The translations under genes and the position numbers were made by a program. The notes below the pieces were generated by a model, which saw only the letters and a list, made by a program, of their open reading frames with translations, made no database searches and was not told the DNA's origin. From assembly GCA_040357565.1 (NCBI GenBank), contig JBDODJ010000008.1: 64,000 bases of DNA; one strand, written 5' to 3'. Source of the DNA: Cercozoa sp. M6MM. Its lineage: Eukaryota; Protista; Endomyxa: Ascetosporea. Positions 1 to 11,973 of the stretch are shown here, piece by piece. Position 1 is the stretch's first letter, and every line of letters begins with the position of its first letter.

Positions 1-510
1 GGATGAAAGCGAGCGTGCAGCCGCGCTCGAGCAGCAAGAGGTGCCCAAGTTTTTGACCTGCTTCCCATCTCTCCCTGCTACGCGTGTTGGAATAGGAACT
101 GGAGGAGGCGCACGGAGACGCTGCCGTGCAGGGCCAGTCAGCAGTGCCGGAGGACCTCAACGTGCTGCTGCACTTTACTTGCTTCGTTCACCACAACGGG
201 TGACCCTTTTTTCTTTTGCCCCCCCTGGTCCCTTTGTTCCTTCGCCATCTAACCCTTGTCTTACAGACGACTGGTTGAGTGCGACGGCCGCAAGAGTGGA
301 CCTATCGACCACGGCACCACCTCGCCCGTACCTCTCTCCTTTGTCTTGACTGTGCATCGTACGACTGTGCATCGTACATGTATGAATTGCTTGCTTGACC
401 GACAGGACACGCTGCTGGTGGACTCGGTGGAACTTATCAAGCGCAACTTCATGCAGGTCGACCCGGACAATGTTAACTTCTCCATGGTTGCGCTTGGGCC
501 GTCCCAGTGA
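1..510 (+). CDS. UCHL3: Ubiquitin C-terminal hydrolase, peptidase C12 / UCH-L3 type (3' exons; 5' end outside window)
   Basis: Spliced exons give ...LLHFTCFVHHNG|RLVECDGRKSGPIDHGTTSP|DTLLVDSVELIKRNFMQVDPDNVNFSMVALGPSQ*, containing the catalytic His/Asp motifs (HF..FV, E.DGRK.GP..HG) of family C12. Confidence 0.88.
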
Positions 511-995
511 GGTTGTCGAGTATTTGCTGCGGTGATGGCGCGGCAGTTCGGTTTCGAGCCATCACCGCTGTTGCAGTCGCCGAAAGCTTTTCGTTTTACA
601 CCACTTGGTAGTGCACGTTAACTCCTCTCGTCTGTCCTCCGGCGACTGGTGGATGCAATTAATTGATCGGATAGTTGCAAAATTGCCAAACTTCGTGATT
701 CCAACTAACGAGTATCATGAGTCGAGAACTCGATAGGTGACGGCTGGTGCATCCGTCGCAGCACAGCAAGTACTTTCCATGGAGCTTGTAGGAAGCATTA
801 AAATTATGCCACTGATCGGAACAATACGGCTGACTGAGCACAAATCTGCAGCAATCAGGAGGGTGCCCACAGTCGATTGATTAATCTCTAGTGTAGAACC
901 AGTGCGTGCTGTACAACAACCTTTGCGCGTGCGTGGTCTAGCAAACTAGAAGCGAGTTGGGCGAGAAAGCGTTTTCCGAGAAACGTGTCCCTCCA

Positions 996-1153
996 ATGCG
1001 TCTGTTGGGCTTGCTTTCGGCGCTGTTGTTAGCGCGAGTATCTGCGCAAGGCGCGCGGGACGACAATTCGTGCCAGGTTATTGGCGAAACATCGCTTCCT
1101 GACTTCTCATCTTATGAGTACCATTTGCTTTTGCGGAATGACTCTGTTTGCAG

Positions 1154-1197
<44 letters not shown>

Positions 1198-1305
1198 NNN
1201 NNNNNNNNNNNNNNNNNNNNNNNNNNNNNNNNNNNNNNNNNNNNNNNNNNNNNNNNNNNNNNNNNNNNNNNNNNNNNNNNNNNNNNNNNNNNNNNNNGTG
1301 TGTGT

Positions 1306-1390
<85 letters not shown>

Positions 1391-2726
1391 TTTACGCAGC
1401 TGGCAGGAGGATTTCTTCACGCCGCGTGATACCACGTCTGTGTCGCCTGGACAAACGTATGTTCTAGTGTCTGTTAAAATAATTATCAAACTCACAATGA
1501 TGTACCGGATTCGTGCAGCAAAACTGACGATTATTTTTTCGATCTGGAGGGAGCCTGCACGGTCGACGGATCGCGCGATCCCTCCTCGTGTGTTTCCTTC
1601 TTTTCTGTCGTCACTAAGTGTCGATTCGTATGTGGATGTGTTGCACAGTCAAATGGCGCTGGTGCTGTACCCATCAAATATTTTGTCGTCGGGCACAGTG
1701 ACCATCGACGGCACTTCTGGTACCCCCCGTCCCTTGATGTGATATACCCTTTGCTTTCCCCTTCGATATGGTCGTGGGTGTGCCTTGTAGTGTCTTTTTC
1801 GGGTGGCCAATGCATTCACTTCCGTGACTACACAACAAAACGTGATCCGCGGCCGATGTACACTACCCTCCCTTGTTGCTCCCTTTCTTTCGTTGACCCT
1901 TGATGTCTCTTTGCGCAGTCGTATCAGCTGCTCGCGCGCGTCTACCGGTAATTGTTTGAGTTTACCTTGTCTCTAGAGGTCTCTCTTGATATGCACGAGC
2001 TTTATCTTGTGAACGGTCGTAGTTTCGTGTCGTTTCTCGATGCATCGCTACTGCACGACGAACGGCTCGCGTAACATCTCAGCCGGCGCCATCGTAGCTT
2101 TGCTTTACCTTACCTTTCTGTTACCTTGTTACCCTGACCCTTTTGATACAGGTGGGTATCGTGATCGGTGTGCTGGTCGTACTGGCGTGCTGTGTGGCCA
2201 TTCCGGTGTTCTTCTGCGCCGGTGCCACGGCGGGTCTGTGCTGTGGTAGGCCTATTACCCTATCCCCGTCTGTACACCCTTCATCCTCTTTGTGTAGCTG
2301 GATGGAGACGCCGCCAGCGTGAACCCAAGCCTCAGACGGTTGTGATGCATACGGTGCACACGCAGTCTGTGCCGGCTCAGCAGCAGCCGGTCACATACAC
2401 GTATGGCACTGGTAACAACTTGCCCATAACAGTGCACCTGATGAGATATCGCTACCCATGTACTTGTGCGCTACCTAGGCATGCCGCAACAGCAGCAGTA
2501 CCCGCCACAGCAGCAATACCCGCAGCAGCAACAATACCAGCAACAGCAACAGTACCCGCAGCAACAGCAGCAGTACCCGCAGCAGCAGCAGCAGTACCCG
2601 GCGCAACAACAGCAACCGTACCAGCCGCCACCGATGTACAACAACACGCAGATGAACACGCAGATGAACACGGGCTACAACCCGAACGGTATGCCGCCCA
2701 ACAACCCATCTGCGCCACCGGCTTAG
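996..2726 (+). CDS. Type I membrane protein (signal peptide, Cys-containing ectodomain, one TM helix, Q/P/Y-rich tail); paralog A
   Basis: MRLLGLLSALLLARVSAQ signal; TM VGIVIGVLVVLACCVAIPVFFCAG; tail QQQYP repeats ending PPPMY...NPSAPPA*; multi-exon, contains gap 1198-1297. Confidence 0.7.
1158..1391 (+). repeat. Intronic (TG)n microsatellite spanning an N-gap
   Basis: Direct. Confidence 0.95.
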
Positions 2727-3289
2727 TTAGGACGGACCAATGTCGACGTCAACGCAGCAATTTGAGTCGTCTCGTGCGTGGAGCTCTTTTGGCCGGCCGT
2801 GCGCCTTCGCTTTGCGCGTCATGCGACGGATGCATATGCCCTCATATCATGCCTCTAGTCTTTGTCATGTTAGTAGTTGATTGCTGGTATACGTACTTCA
2901 TGGGTATGTATGGCGGAGTTTTTCGAGGCAAAATCAGAATCAAATCGGGGGTGGGGGCAAAGGGGGTAAGTATTGTGGGGGTTCGGTTTTGTCTCGAAAA
3001 ACCCCGCCATATCCGTACTTCATTCCGATCCCACAGTACTTATGCGTCTCTGTATGGAATATCGGAATAGAAGGTGCAATACGGAATAAATTACAGCCCC
3101 CGACGCGGTTGACACGCACACGGCCGACCCAGATCTGATTCGGACTGCATAGATACTATTAATTTGTCTATCTATACTTTTACTTTCAATGCTGTCGTTG
3201 TACAGTCGCGCAACTAAAGCATAACAATTTGATACTATAGCAGCATGGCTCGGCCCGGCGTCGATGCTCATCGGCTGTCGCACGATCCC

Positions 3290-4704
3290 TCAGAATCGTG
3301 GCGCAGACGGGTTGTAATTCATCTGCGTCGCCGTGTTGCTGTGCATCGGCGGCGGTTGGTACAACGGTTGTTGGTACTGTTGCTGCGGCATGCCTAGGAA
3401 GCGCACACGAATGCTAGAGGTCTGATGGGGTGGGTAAACTGAGCAAAGCTGGCACCTGTGTTGTAGTTGTACGAAGCCGTCTGCTGCTGTGTATCGATAT
3501 GCACACCAGTGTGCGTTACGACCGTTTGATCTTTAGCCTGCTGGCGGCGTCGGCACCCGGCTAACCGTAGTAGGTTATACGTATGGGAAGTGTGTGGGTC
3601 AAGGGAGATAGCGCAGTAAAGCACACTACCACAACAGAGACCGGCAGCACCGGCACAGAAGAACATCGGGATGGCCACCAAGCATGCCAACACGACGAGG
3701 GCGCCAATCACGATACCAACCTACGACAAGGTAGGGTTTGCAGGACAAGAGTAAAGACAAGTTAAACGCTAAGCTACGATAGCGCCGGTCGATAAAGTGT
3801 TCGAGCCATTTGTCGTGCAGTAGCGGTGCATTTGCATTTTGCAGTTCGCTGTGACCACAACATGTTGTACAGTATCTCTTTTGAGACACAGACTGAGAAG
3901 CTAAAAATACTCGGGGAAGACGGCGAGCAACTAATTCGACTGCCCATGCCAGGGTATCAACATCGTACAGCAAAGAGTACAAGAGGAAAAGAATACATCG
4001 GCCGCGGGTCGCGTGTGGTCGTGTAGTCACGGAAATGGAAGCACTCGCCGTCCGAGAAGGACACTGCGCAATCGCAAGGCATACGACATCGTGTTTTGCC
4101 GAAAGGAGAAACTTCAAGGTTGTATGGTTGAATACCCGTGGCGTCACCGATGGTCATTGTGCCAATTGCATGAGCGGGTGGATACATCACGAGAGACATT
4201 TGACTGCATCATACAAGTGCATGTATCTTTCAGCAGGTGTTTTTTGAAACTGGTCTGCTGCTGTACGATGAATCGTCGCGGTTCGCGTTCACAGTACACA
4301 CTCCTTCGAGTTGATGAAAGTAGTCGACCGTTTTGCTGCAACACACATACGACATACATACATGATGAAGTTCAACCGTGTATGGAGGGCATGTGTCTCC
4401 GCATACGTTTGACCTGGTGACACACTCGATGTCGTGCGCGGCGTCCAAAAGTCTTCTTCCCACCTGCGCACAAAATATATCTCCCACCACCGACAGCAAG
4501 AAAGACACCCCACTTATGGGAGCTGCCGTCGGGGAGCGTTGTTTCTCCGATAACTTGGCAGGACTCATCGTCACGCGCACCCCTAAACACAAACCCCTCC
4601 AAGGTGTACCCCTCATCGTCGACATTGCATGAGAAGCAAAAAGCGTACTGAGCAGCGCCGAGGCGCACGTCGAGCAGCAAAGCTAGTGCCAGCAGATATC
4701 GCAT
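3290..4704 (-). CDS. Type I membrane protein; paralog B of 996-2726
   Basis: MRYLLALALLLDVRLGAAQ signal; blocks shared with paralog A: GARDD.SCQVIGET.LPD, W.EDF.TPR.T.SVSPGQT, C.HFRDYTT.RDPRPM, IG.LVVLAC.VAIP.FFCAG; ends YNPSAPRF*. Confidence 0.7.
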
Positions 4705-5200
4705 GAAACCGATGGTGTAGAAGTTAGGCCTCTGAACTCCTATCAAGAGTAAAAATAACTGAGTTTCCTCCGACTCGGATCTGCGAGATTTAATTTGTGC
4801 TCAGAAAAATGAGTCGGCCAACTGCCCAGCCAGCATCATTGATGAACTCAATCTTCAGCCAGCCAGGACTGCATGCGCGACGGTTCTGTCTCTCAAACAG
4901 AACCGGCCTAGCGACGGGCTAGCATTGCTGTACCAGTCGGTAGCACCACTGCAGGACAGGCCCAGCCGAAACTGTGAGTGGCCGCGGTCTCTGACTGAAC
5001 TGAATCTGTCGTCGCGTGGCTCGACTTTTCGTTTCGTTGTAGCGCATGCACCTACTTGTAACTCAACTTAACTGAAGTAAACTTGACTCAACTAACCAAA
5101 AGTTAACCGATCGTGGTGGCCTCACGACGTCTCGGTTCCTCCCACCGTCAGTTACGGTATGTGGCCAAGCGCGCCGCACGCACTCCGACGCATGTACAGG

Positions 5201-7435
5201 TCACGCACGAGCGCGCTTGGTATCGGCCGAGGAATATTCGAAAGGCGCAGCAGGCGCAGCGTACTGCCGACCCAGCACTTCGAATGCACTCTGAAACAAC
5301 ACGCAAAACAGGTAAGTGAGTTAAACAAAAAACAACGGCGACGTCAAGCATGTACCAGTAGCGCCAAAGCGGCGTCACGCTCCTGCTGCGACCAGAACTC
5401 GGCCAGCAGCAGCGTTGTTCGCAAGCGCGGCACACGACGCGCGATCAGACGCATCGGACAAACTGCTTGCTCCTTCAGCTGCACACACTCAGGTATCACT
5501 GAACAATAGGTCGCAGAGGGAGGGGCAGAACAAGGTACGCAATTGGCCACCGAGCGGAGAACGTCGCCTTGCTTGTCACGCGGCATCTCCCCAAGTGACA
5601 GCGTGACCTACAAGACAGGGGGGGGGGGGTACAGAGAGACGAATAACTACACATGCAGAATCAACCTGCGAGCGGTCTTCGTCGAAAACGGCGAAACCAC
5701 GTGCTCGCAATTTTTGCGCCAAGTCGCGCAACTGTCCGTCCAGCTAAGCAGGCGGGTTGAAGGTAAAGCTGATTGGGGGTGTAAAAGACATGATACCTTG
5801 TGTCTTGCGGCGTCGTCCGCGAGCAGCGACAGATCGGCGCCGACACAGTGGACGATCCAGTCGTTAGGCATCTACGGGGGGGGGGGCCGCAAATCAGAAC
5901 AGGTAAGAAGGGTATACAAGGAGTAACCGTCCAGTGCTGCTGCCTGCCATGCCTGGTGGAGTCGCTTCTGCGAGTCAGTAACACCTCTCATAAGACAAGA
6001 CTAAAATAAAGGCAGACGCAACTAGTCCAGGAACGGACCGATTCACGACCGAAAGCGACAGAGGCGACGTGACAATGCCAGCGACTTCCTTCGACACGCG
6101 CAGCACTGCCTCGGACAATGCTTCTCCTGAGGAGGTAAGGGGGTAAAGGGGCAGAGGGAGTAACATGGGCAGGGGTAAACTACCCGGCTTGAGGGTGCCG
6201 CGCATGATGACGCGCCGCACCGAGTCGACGTTGCTGGCCAGCGCGAGTTCCACCGGGTCGCGGCGGCGTTTTTCGCCTGGGACAGGAGGGGGATAACATG
6301 CGTGACGGGAATAACATGGGACGGGTGGGGGTAAAGGATACCACGGTGCCGACGCTGTCGAGGTGCCCTCGCAGCGTGATACGGTTGCTGTTGTTGCTGT
6401 TGTTGTTGCGGTTGCTGTGGTTGTTGCTGCTGCTGCTGCTGCTGCTGCTGTTGTTGCGGTCTAGGAGGGTAGCCATATGACGATGAGTAGCCACTCGCCT
6501 GGTGGTACGCCTGGTAGGCACTGGCGTAACCCTGACCCGTAGTGCCAGTGTAGCCAGCCACGGGATGATCCGAGTCGGACGATGCCGCCGTGTCAGTGGT
6601 GGTAGCAGCAGCGGCACCGTCCATCACTGCAGCCGCGTCGGCGTAGTGCTGCGCGTAATGACCGTACTGGAAGGCACTGAGCACAGGGAACGGGTAACAT
6701 GGGGTAGGGGGCAATAAGAGGTAGAGGTAAGGTAACATAAGGTAGGGGTAAGGTAACATAAGGTGAGCGGTAGCATGGGGTAAGGGGTAACAAGGAATAA
6801 GGAGTAACACGGGGTAAGGGGTAGTATGGGGCAAGGGGTAACATGGGTGAGGGTAGCAAGGGGGGTCGTGGGCAGAAACATGTATTGTACTGATAGGCCG
6901 ACGCCTGCGTGTACTGACCCGGCAGGTAGGTCGGCACACTGTCCGAGGCACTCGGTCTGGATAAGGCCGTGGTGGTCTTGCTTAAGGCTGTGGTGGTCTT
7001 GCTCAAGGTTGCGGCAGTCTTGGTCGGTTTTGATTTGGCCTTGGACGACTCGGATTTCTTCGGCTTGGGCAGCGTCTTCTTGGGCTCCTCGGGCACGCCC
7101 TTGGTGGCGCGCTGAAAGGAAACAGGACATACAGATGATAAGGGGGTCTTAATTAGGAGTGAGGATCTGCTGAAAGGAGTGCCTACGCAAGTGTACGGCT
7201 TCCACTGCTCGTCTCTGAGTTGCACGAACAATTTGCCTTCCTGTACACCAAGGATGTAGATTAAAAAGGTGCATCTACGTCGGTTAAAGGGGCGGACGAA
7301 CAGTGAGGGAGTAGTGGTACTTACCTTGAGCAGCGCGAGACAGGCATCGCGATCGCGCAGGGCGACAAAACCGCGTTTGCGCGCATTACGACCGCTACCG
7401 CGAGCGGCACCGACGTAGGTATTGCCCACCTAAGG

Positions 7436-7484
<49 letters not shown>

Positions 7485-7494
7485 NNNNNNNNNN

Positions 7495-7546
<52 letters not shown>

Positions 7547-9651
7547 ACACACACACAAGATGGAGGGAGGGGTAAATAGGGTGGAGAAGGGGTTACCGCA
7601 CAGAACTCCGAGGCAGCCACCATGAGAGCTCCGCGAGACACCTCGGGTGGCAGGTCGCGCACCTCAACCCTGTGATACAAATTGTAACGGTACAGGCGGA
7701 CCAAGTCAAGGTGGATACAGGTGCAGGTTCATCTGTACCAGTAGACAGTGCCGTCCGGCGTGTCCTCACAGTTGTGTGCAAGGAGATCATTCTCGACGGC
7801 GGCAGCGACGGCAGCAGTCGCCTCGGGCACAGTATCACTGCACACGTAATTAAACACACAAGGGATACAGGTGGCAACACACTACCTGGCTACAACTTGG
7901 CTATGTTAAAGGGATAGTCCGTATTAAAAAGGATTGTACGGTGTGAACGGCGCGAACTCGCTGTCGACGCCGCTTTTAAGTTTTAGCAGTCTGCAAGGGG
8001 TACATAATTAAGGGTGTTTGAAATGAGGGAGGGGGTAGTACTGCTCCGAGTGCTGCATCAGCCGCTCGAGCGACTCTCGCGGTCGCATCGCGCGCTGCAG
8101 TGCCTCCTTTTCAAAATCTACTCGCACACGGGGGGGGGGGCGGCCTAAATTGGGTATTTACAGGGTAAAGGGAAGAGCAGAGCGTTACCCAGCGTGCTCC
8201 TGGCAGCACCTTCGCGCACGTCCATTTCGGGTGCTTCTTCTGTATTGGGAAGAGGGGTAAGAGGGGGTAAAAGAGTAAAAGAGGGTAGGGCTGGGTAAAA
8301 GGGCAAAACAAGCACCAGGCAAGAAGTCGAACACAGCGGCGGCAGCAGCGTCGAGGAAGCAATCGTCGGCCCAGCTGCGATCTGACAGCGCCGTCATCAC
8401 GTCCTGTCCGCGCGGGAGCGTGAAGAGTGAGTCCGCACGGAAGGTCTAGACAACGCACCTCGGGCAGGTCGCCGTGCCGACGCAGTGCCTCGCGCAGGAA
8501 AAGGCAGCACAGCACGGCCGGTCGGTAGGCCACCAGTGCCGCCGAGTGCGCCGCCACCTCAGCGCACGCCGCACACAACTCGCGCACCTTACGCGCCGTC
8601 TCTGCGTCCACGGCAGTCAGCAGTTAAAGGGGTACGGGGGGGGGGGGGGGGTAAGTCCAGCCAAGTCCAAGCGTACCGACTCGGTCGCGACGCGAGGAGT
8701 CACTGCCAAAAACCGCCAGCAACGGGTGCTGCGGCGCGCGAGGTGCCAGCAGCGTCAACGCCACTGTCAGGAACTGCACTCGGAGGCAGGAAAGGTTGAT
8801 AGGGGGTAAAAGGACCCAAAAGCAAGAACAGGGGAGCTACATCCAGTCTCGATAAAGGGAGAATGGCCGAGTGTCGCAGAATTCGTCCCTGTGCATACAT
8901 ACCAACATAGCCTCCTTCGACTGAAAGTGACAAACTAAACTGCACAATGAACCAAGTTAAAGTCGTTTGTCAGCAAGATTAGCGCTTCGGCACGGTGCAT
9001 TCGGTTCACACTGGAGGAGAGGGAAATGGGGAAACATGGAAAAGGTAGGGGCAGAAGGTAGGGGCAGAAGAGAGGCAGAAGGTAAAGGGATACCGATCGG
9101 CGGCGTCGCGCGACTCGGGTGACGGCGGCGTCTGCTGCGTGGCCAGGAAGTAGCCGTGCTCCATCACGTGCTGCGAGTAGCGGAACACGCCGTGCAGTTT
9201 GCAAGCCAGCAACACGGCGCCGTGTGCCATGTCCAGCAGCGACAGCTGCAGCAGGTGGTGCCGCTGCATCGTCACCTACACCACCCCACAAACATAACGC
9301 CTACACACCCTTGCCAACACATGTGTGTCTGAAAGGTTGCTACATGAACCAGTCGAGCTGCCGACTCAAACACACAGCGCGCCAGCAGCAGTCGTTTGCA
9401 TAGGAGGCTAGGCAGAATAAGAGGGGTAAAAGGGTGGGTAACACAGGCGTAACAAGGTGGTACCGGATGTGAGCAACGACATGTGCACGCAGCGCACTCT
9501 CCTCCAGGATCGACATGCGTCGGACGCCTTCGGGACATGTGTGCTTTATCCTTTGACCCTTCGCAGTTACACAAAGATACCCTGAGGACCGGCAAAGCGC
9601 GAGACAGCGCGAGATTTAAAATCGGCCGCGGACAGCCCGCGCACCTCACCT

Positions 9652-9713
<62 letters not shown>

Positions 9714-10045
9714 CGAATGGTACACTTCATATGCGTCAAATAGATACCGCCTGAACACTCAAATTCGGCCAGTCGCAGCACCGCCCTTCTCTGCGAAAGT
9801 ACACACATATCGCAAGAGCTTTCAAGAGCTAGCACGGGGTATGACGCACGGCTTCATGTTGCGCCTGCTGCGCACGCTCTTCCGCGAGTTCTTCTGGCGT
9901 CTTTTCGGGCTCTTCAATGTCCTCCTTTGGGACAAACCATAGTCGTGCAACAGAACAGAACAGAAATAACACAACACAGCCAAAGTACCTGCTCCTCTTG
10001 GATCTCACCCTCCTCAAGCTCGCCGTCCTCCAACTCGCCACTCAT
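5201..10045 (-). CDS. Large multi-exon protein: transcriptional cyclin (L/T/K-like) boxes + RRM + Q/Y-rich region + unassigned C-terminal domain
   Basis: MSGELEDGELEEGEI start; cyclin box 1 EESALRAHVVAHIRLLCKRLLLARCVFESAARLVH...DMAHGAVLLACKL; box 2 LVAYRPAVLCCLFLREA; RRM VYWVEVRDLPPEV...KRGFVALRDRDAC; the cyclin-RRM junction near 7900 is inferred. Confidence 0.6.
7438..7557 (+). repeat. Intronic (CA)n microsatellite with N-gap
   Basis: Direct. Confidence 0.95.
9655..9711 (+). repeat. Intronic (CA)n microsatellite
   Basis: Direct. Confidence 0.95.
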
Positions 10046-10252
10046 TGGTGTGCAGGTGTGTACACAGTACCACGAGTGCTACAGTGATTATAGCGCTGTG
10101 CGTAGCTCGCTCCTGGTGGCTTTAGTTATCTTTAAACTTTTTGTCCGGATCCGGCCATTTTGGACTACTGAAACCACTGCGCTGTTATGTCACGGTTGCT
10201 CGCTGTCATGCTAGCTACTGTAACTACTTGATAAATCGCGCTAAACTAACTT

Positions 10253-11664
10253 TTACTTCTTGCGAATCTTCTTAAACTGATATGACGTGCGCACGACGTC
10301 ACCGAACTTGTTGGTGTGCTGCACCTTCTTCTTGGGCCCTGTGTAAAAAAGCGTTTCGCCTGAGAGTGGAACAACGCATTTTTTGTACCTTTCTTCATCG
10401 ACATTTGTCGTTCCTCGAGCTTCTCGAGTTGCTTGGCAATTTCCTGCGTTTAAAAGAGCAAAAGTGAATGGAAACCAAAATGCGATTGTAGCGATCAGAT
10501 ACCTTGCAGCGAACCATACGCGCGCGCAGTTCCCGCACGGCTTTCGCACGCTTTAACAGGAGTTTCTCGGGCAGCTCCACTTGCTGCAACAACGCATCGT
10601 TTTACAAACACAAAAACAAAACAAAAATGGTGACCTCAACGTACCGTATCAGCAACATCGGGATCGTTTTCTTCCTCCAGTTGCCTACAACGGCAAAATT
10701 AAACAGAATAGCGAAGCTGCAGGGAATGCAATACTTAGCCAGAGCGTCACGTTCTTCGTTGGAACCAACCAAGTGCACATGCTTTGACGGCGTTTCCGGC
10801 CTGCGACAAGAAATCAGTGCAAACTCAACAAGGGAACATGGTGCGCTACATCGTCATATTACCTGGCAAACTCGACCTTTTCGCGTTGATTTTTCGACAG
10901 TGCTGCCCGGAGTTCCTGTGAGAAAAACACTCCATTATCGAAGAAACAAACAAACAAAGAGTGTGATTAACAAGTACCTGTACTGGCATGGCCAAAAGCG
11001 AGGTTTGCAACTTCTGCACGCGGCGAAGTTCCGCCGTGTTTAGCATGCGTAGATAGGTGACGTCCACCTAAACCCACCAGCAAACATCGTCAACTAGCGC
11101 AAGTATATCTAAAACTATTCAGAGCTCTTACCTCGGTCATTTCTTTGATCTGCTGTGTCGTGTGCGAGCCATTTTTCGTGCTAAAACCAGAGCAAACGTC
11201 AAGATGATAGAAAATGATAGAGAATGACGTGTTGCGAAGGGGCAGTCTACCTCATAAAATCAACGCCATCCTTTAACTTGGCGTTGAGCATTTTGTGGTA
11301 AAACTCATCTGGGTTCCGCAAGGCCTTTGAGTGTTTCATGCACATAAGACAAAGGAAAATGCGCACGGAAAGAGAACATACCGCCTTTTGTCTCAGCTTG
11401 CGCAACGTGTCTTTCTTCTTGTTGTAGCTGCGTGAGAAACAGGTTATAGCACAATTAAACAGATTTAAAAAAAAAAGAAGTACGCCTGGGCGCGCAGCTT
11501 GTAATCCTTCTTCTTTTCGAGCAAGCCTGATCGACGCAAACATTGAATTCTGGCGGTAACCAGCCTTGTGTGATCAGAGTACCCAACTTCTTGCGTGCCC
11601 GCGGCTGATGGCGCTCGCGATGCATGCGGCGGAAGCCGACTTTCTTCCAGCCGGCAGAGTTCAT
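10253..11664 (-). CDS. UTP11: U3 small nucleolar RNA-associated protein 11
   Basis: RRMHRERHQPRARKKLG|LLEKKKDYKLRA..YNKKKDTLRKLRQKA|ALRNPDEFYHKM; C-terminus YQFKKIRKK*. Confidence 0.92.
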
Positions 11665-11973
11665 CTTCAGAAAGAAAACTCTTGAGCTCTCGTGCCCGTT
11701 AAATAGCCCTGGCGACTCTCAATTAACAGCTACCCGTGTCCAATACGCCACGATTGTGCCTACTGTACTGTACAAACCATGCCTTTCAATTTGTTTAATT
11801 TCGGAGTCAATTTGTACGGTACACATATTGGTTGGTCACACCGCTTGCAGAAACTCGCGCTAACTAGCTGATTTGTGTATTGGGAGTCTGTGAGTTTGAC
11901 AATAGTACCGAGTAATAGTTTTCCCTGTCATTGTAAGCCCCAGGTTGCAAATTTATTTTTTTCGCGCTGCAGC

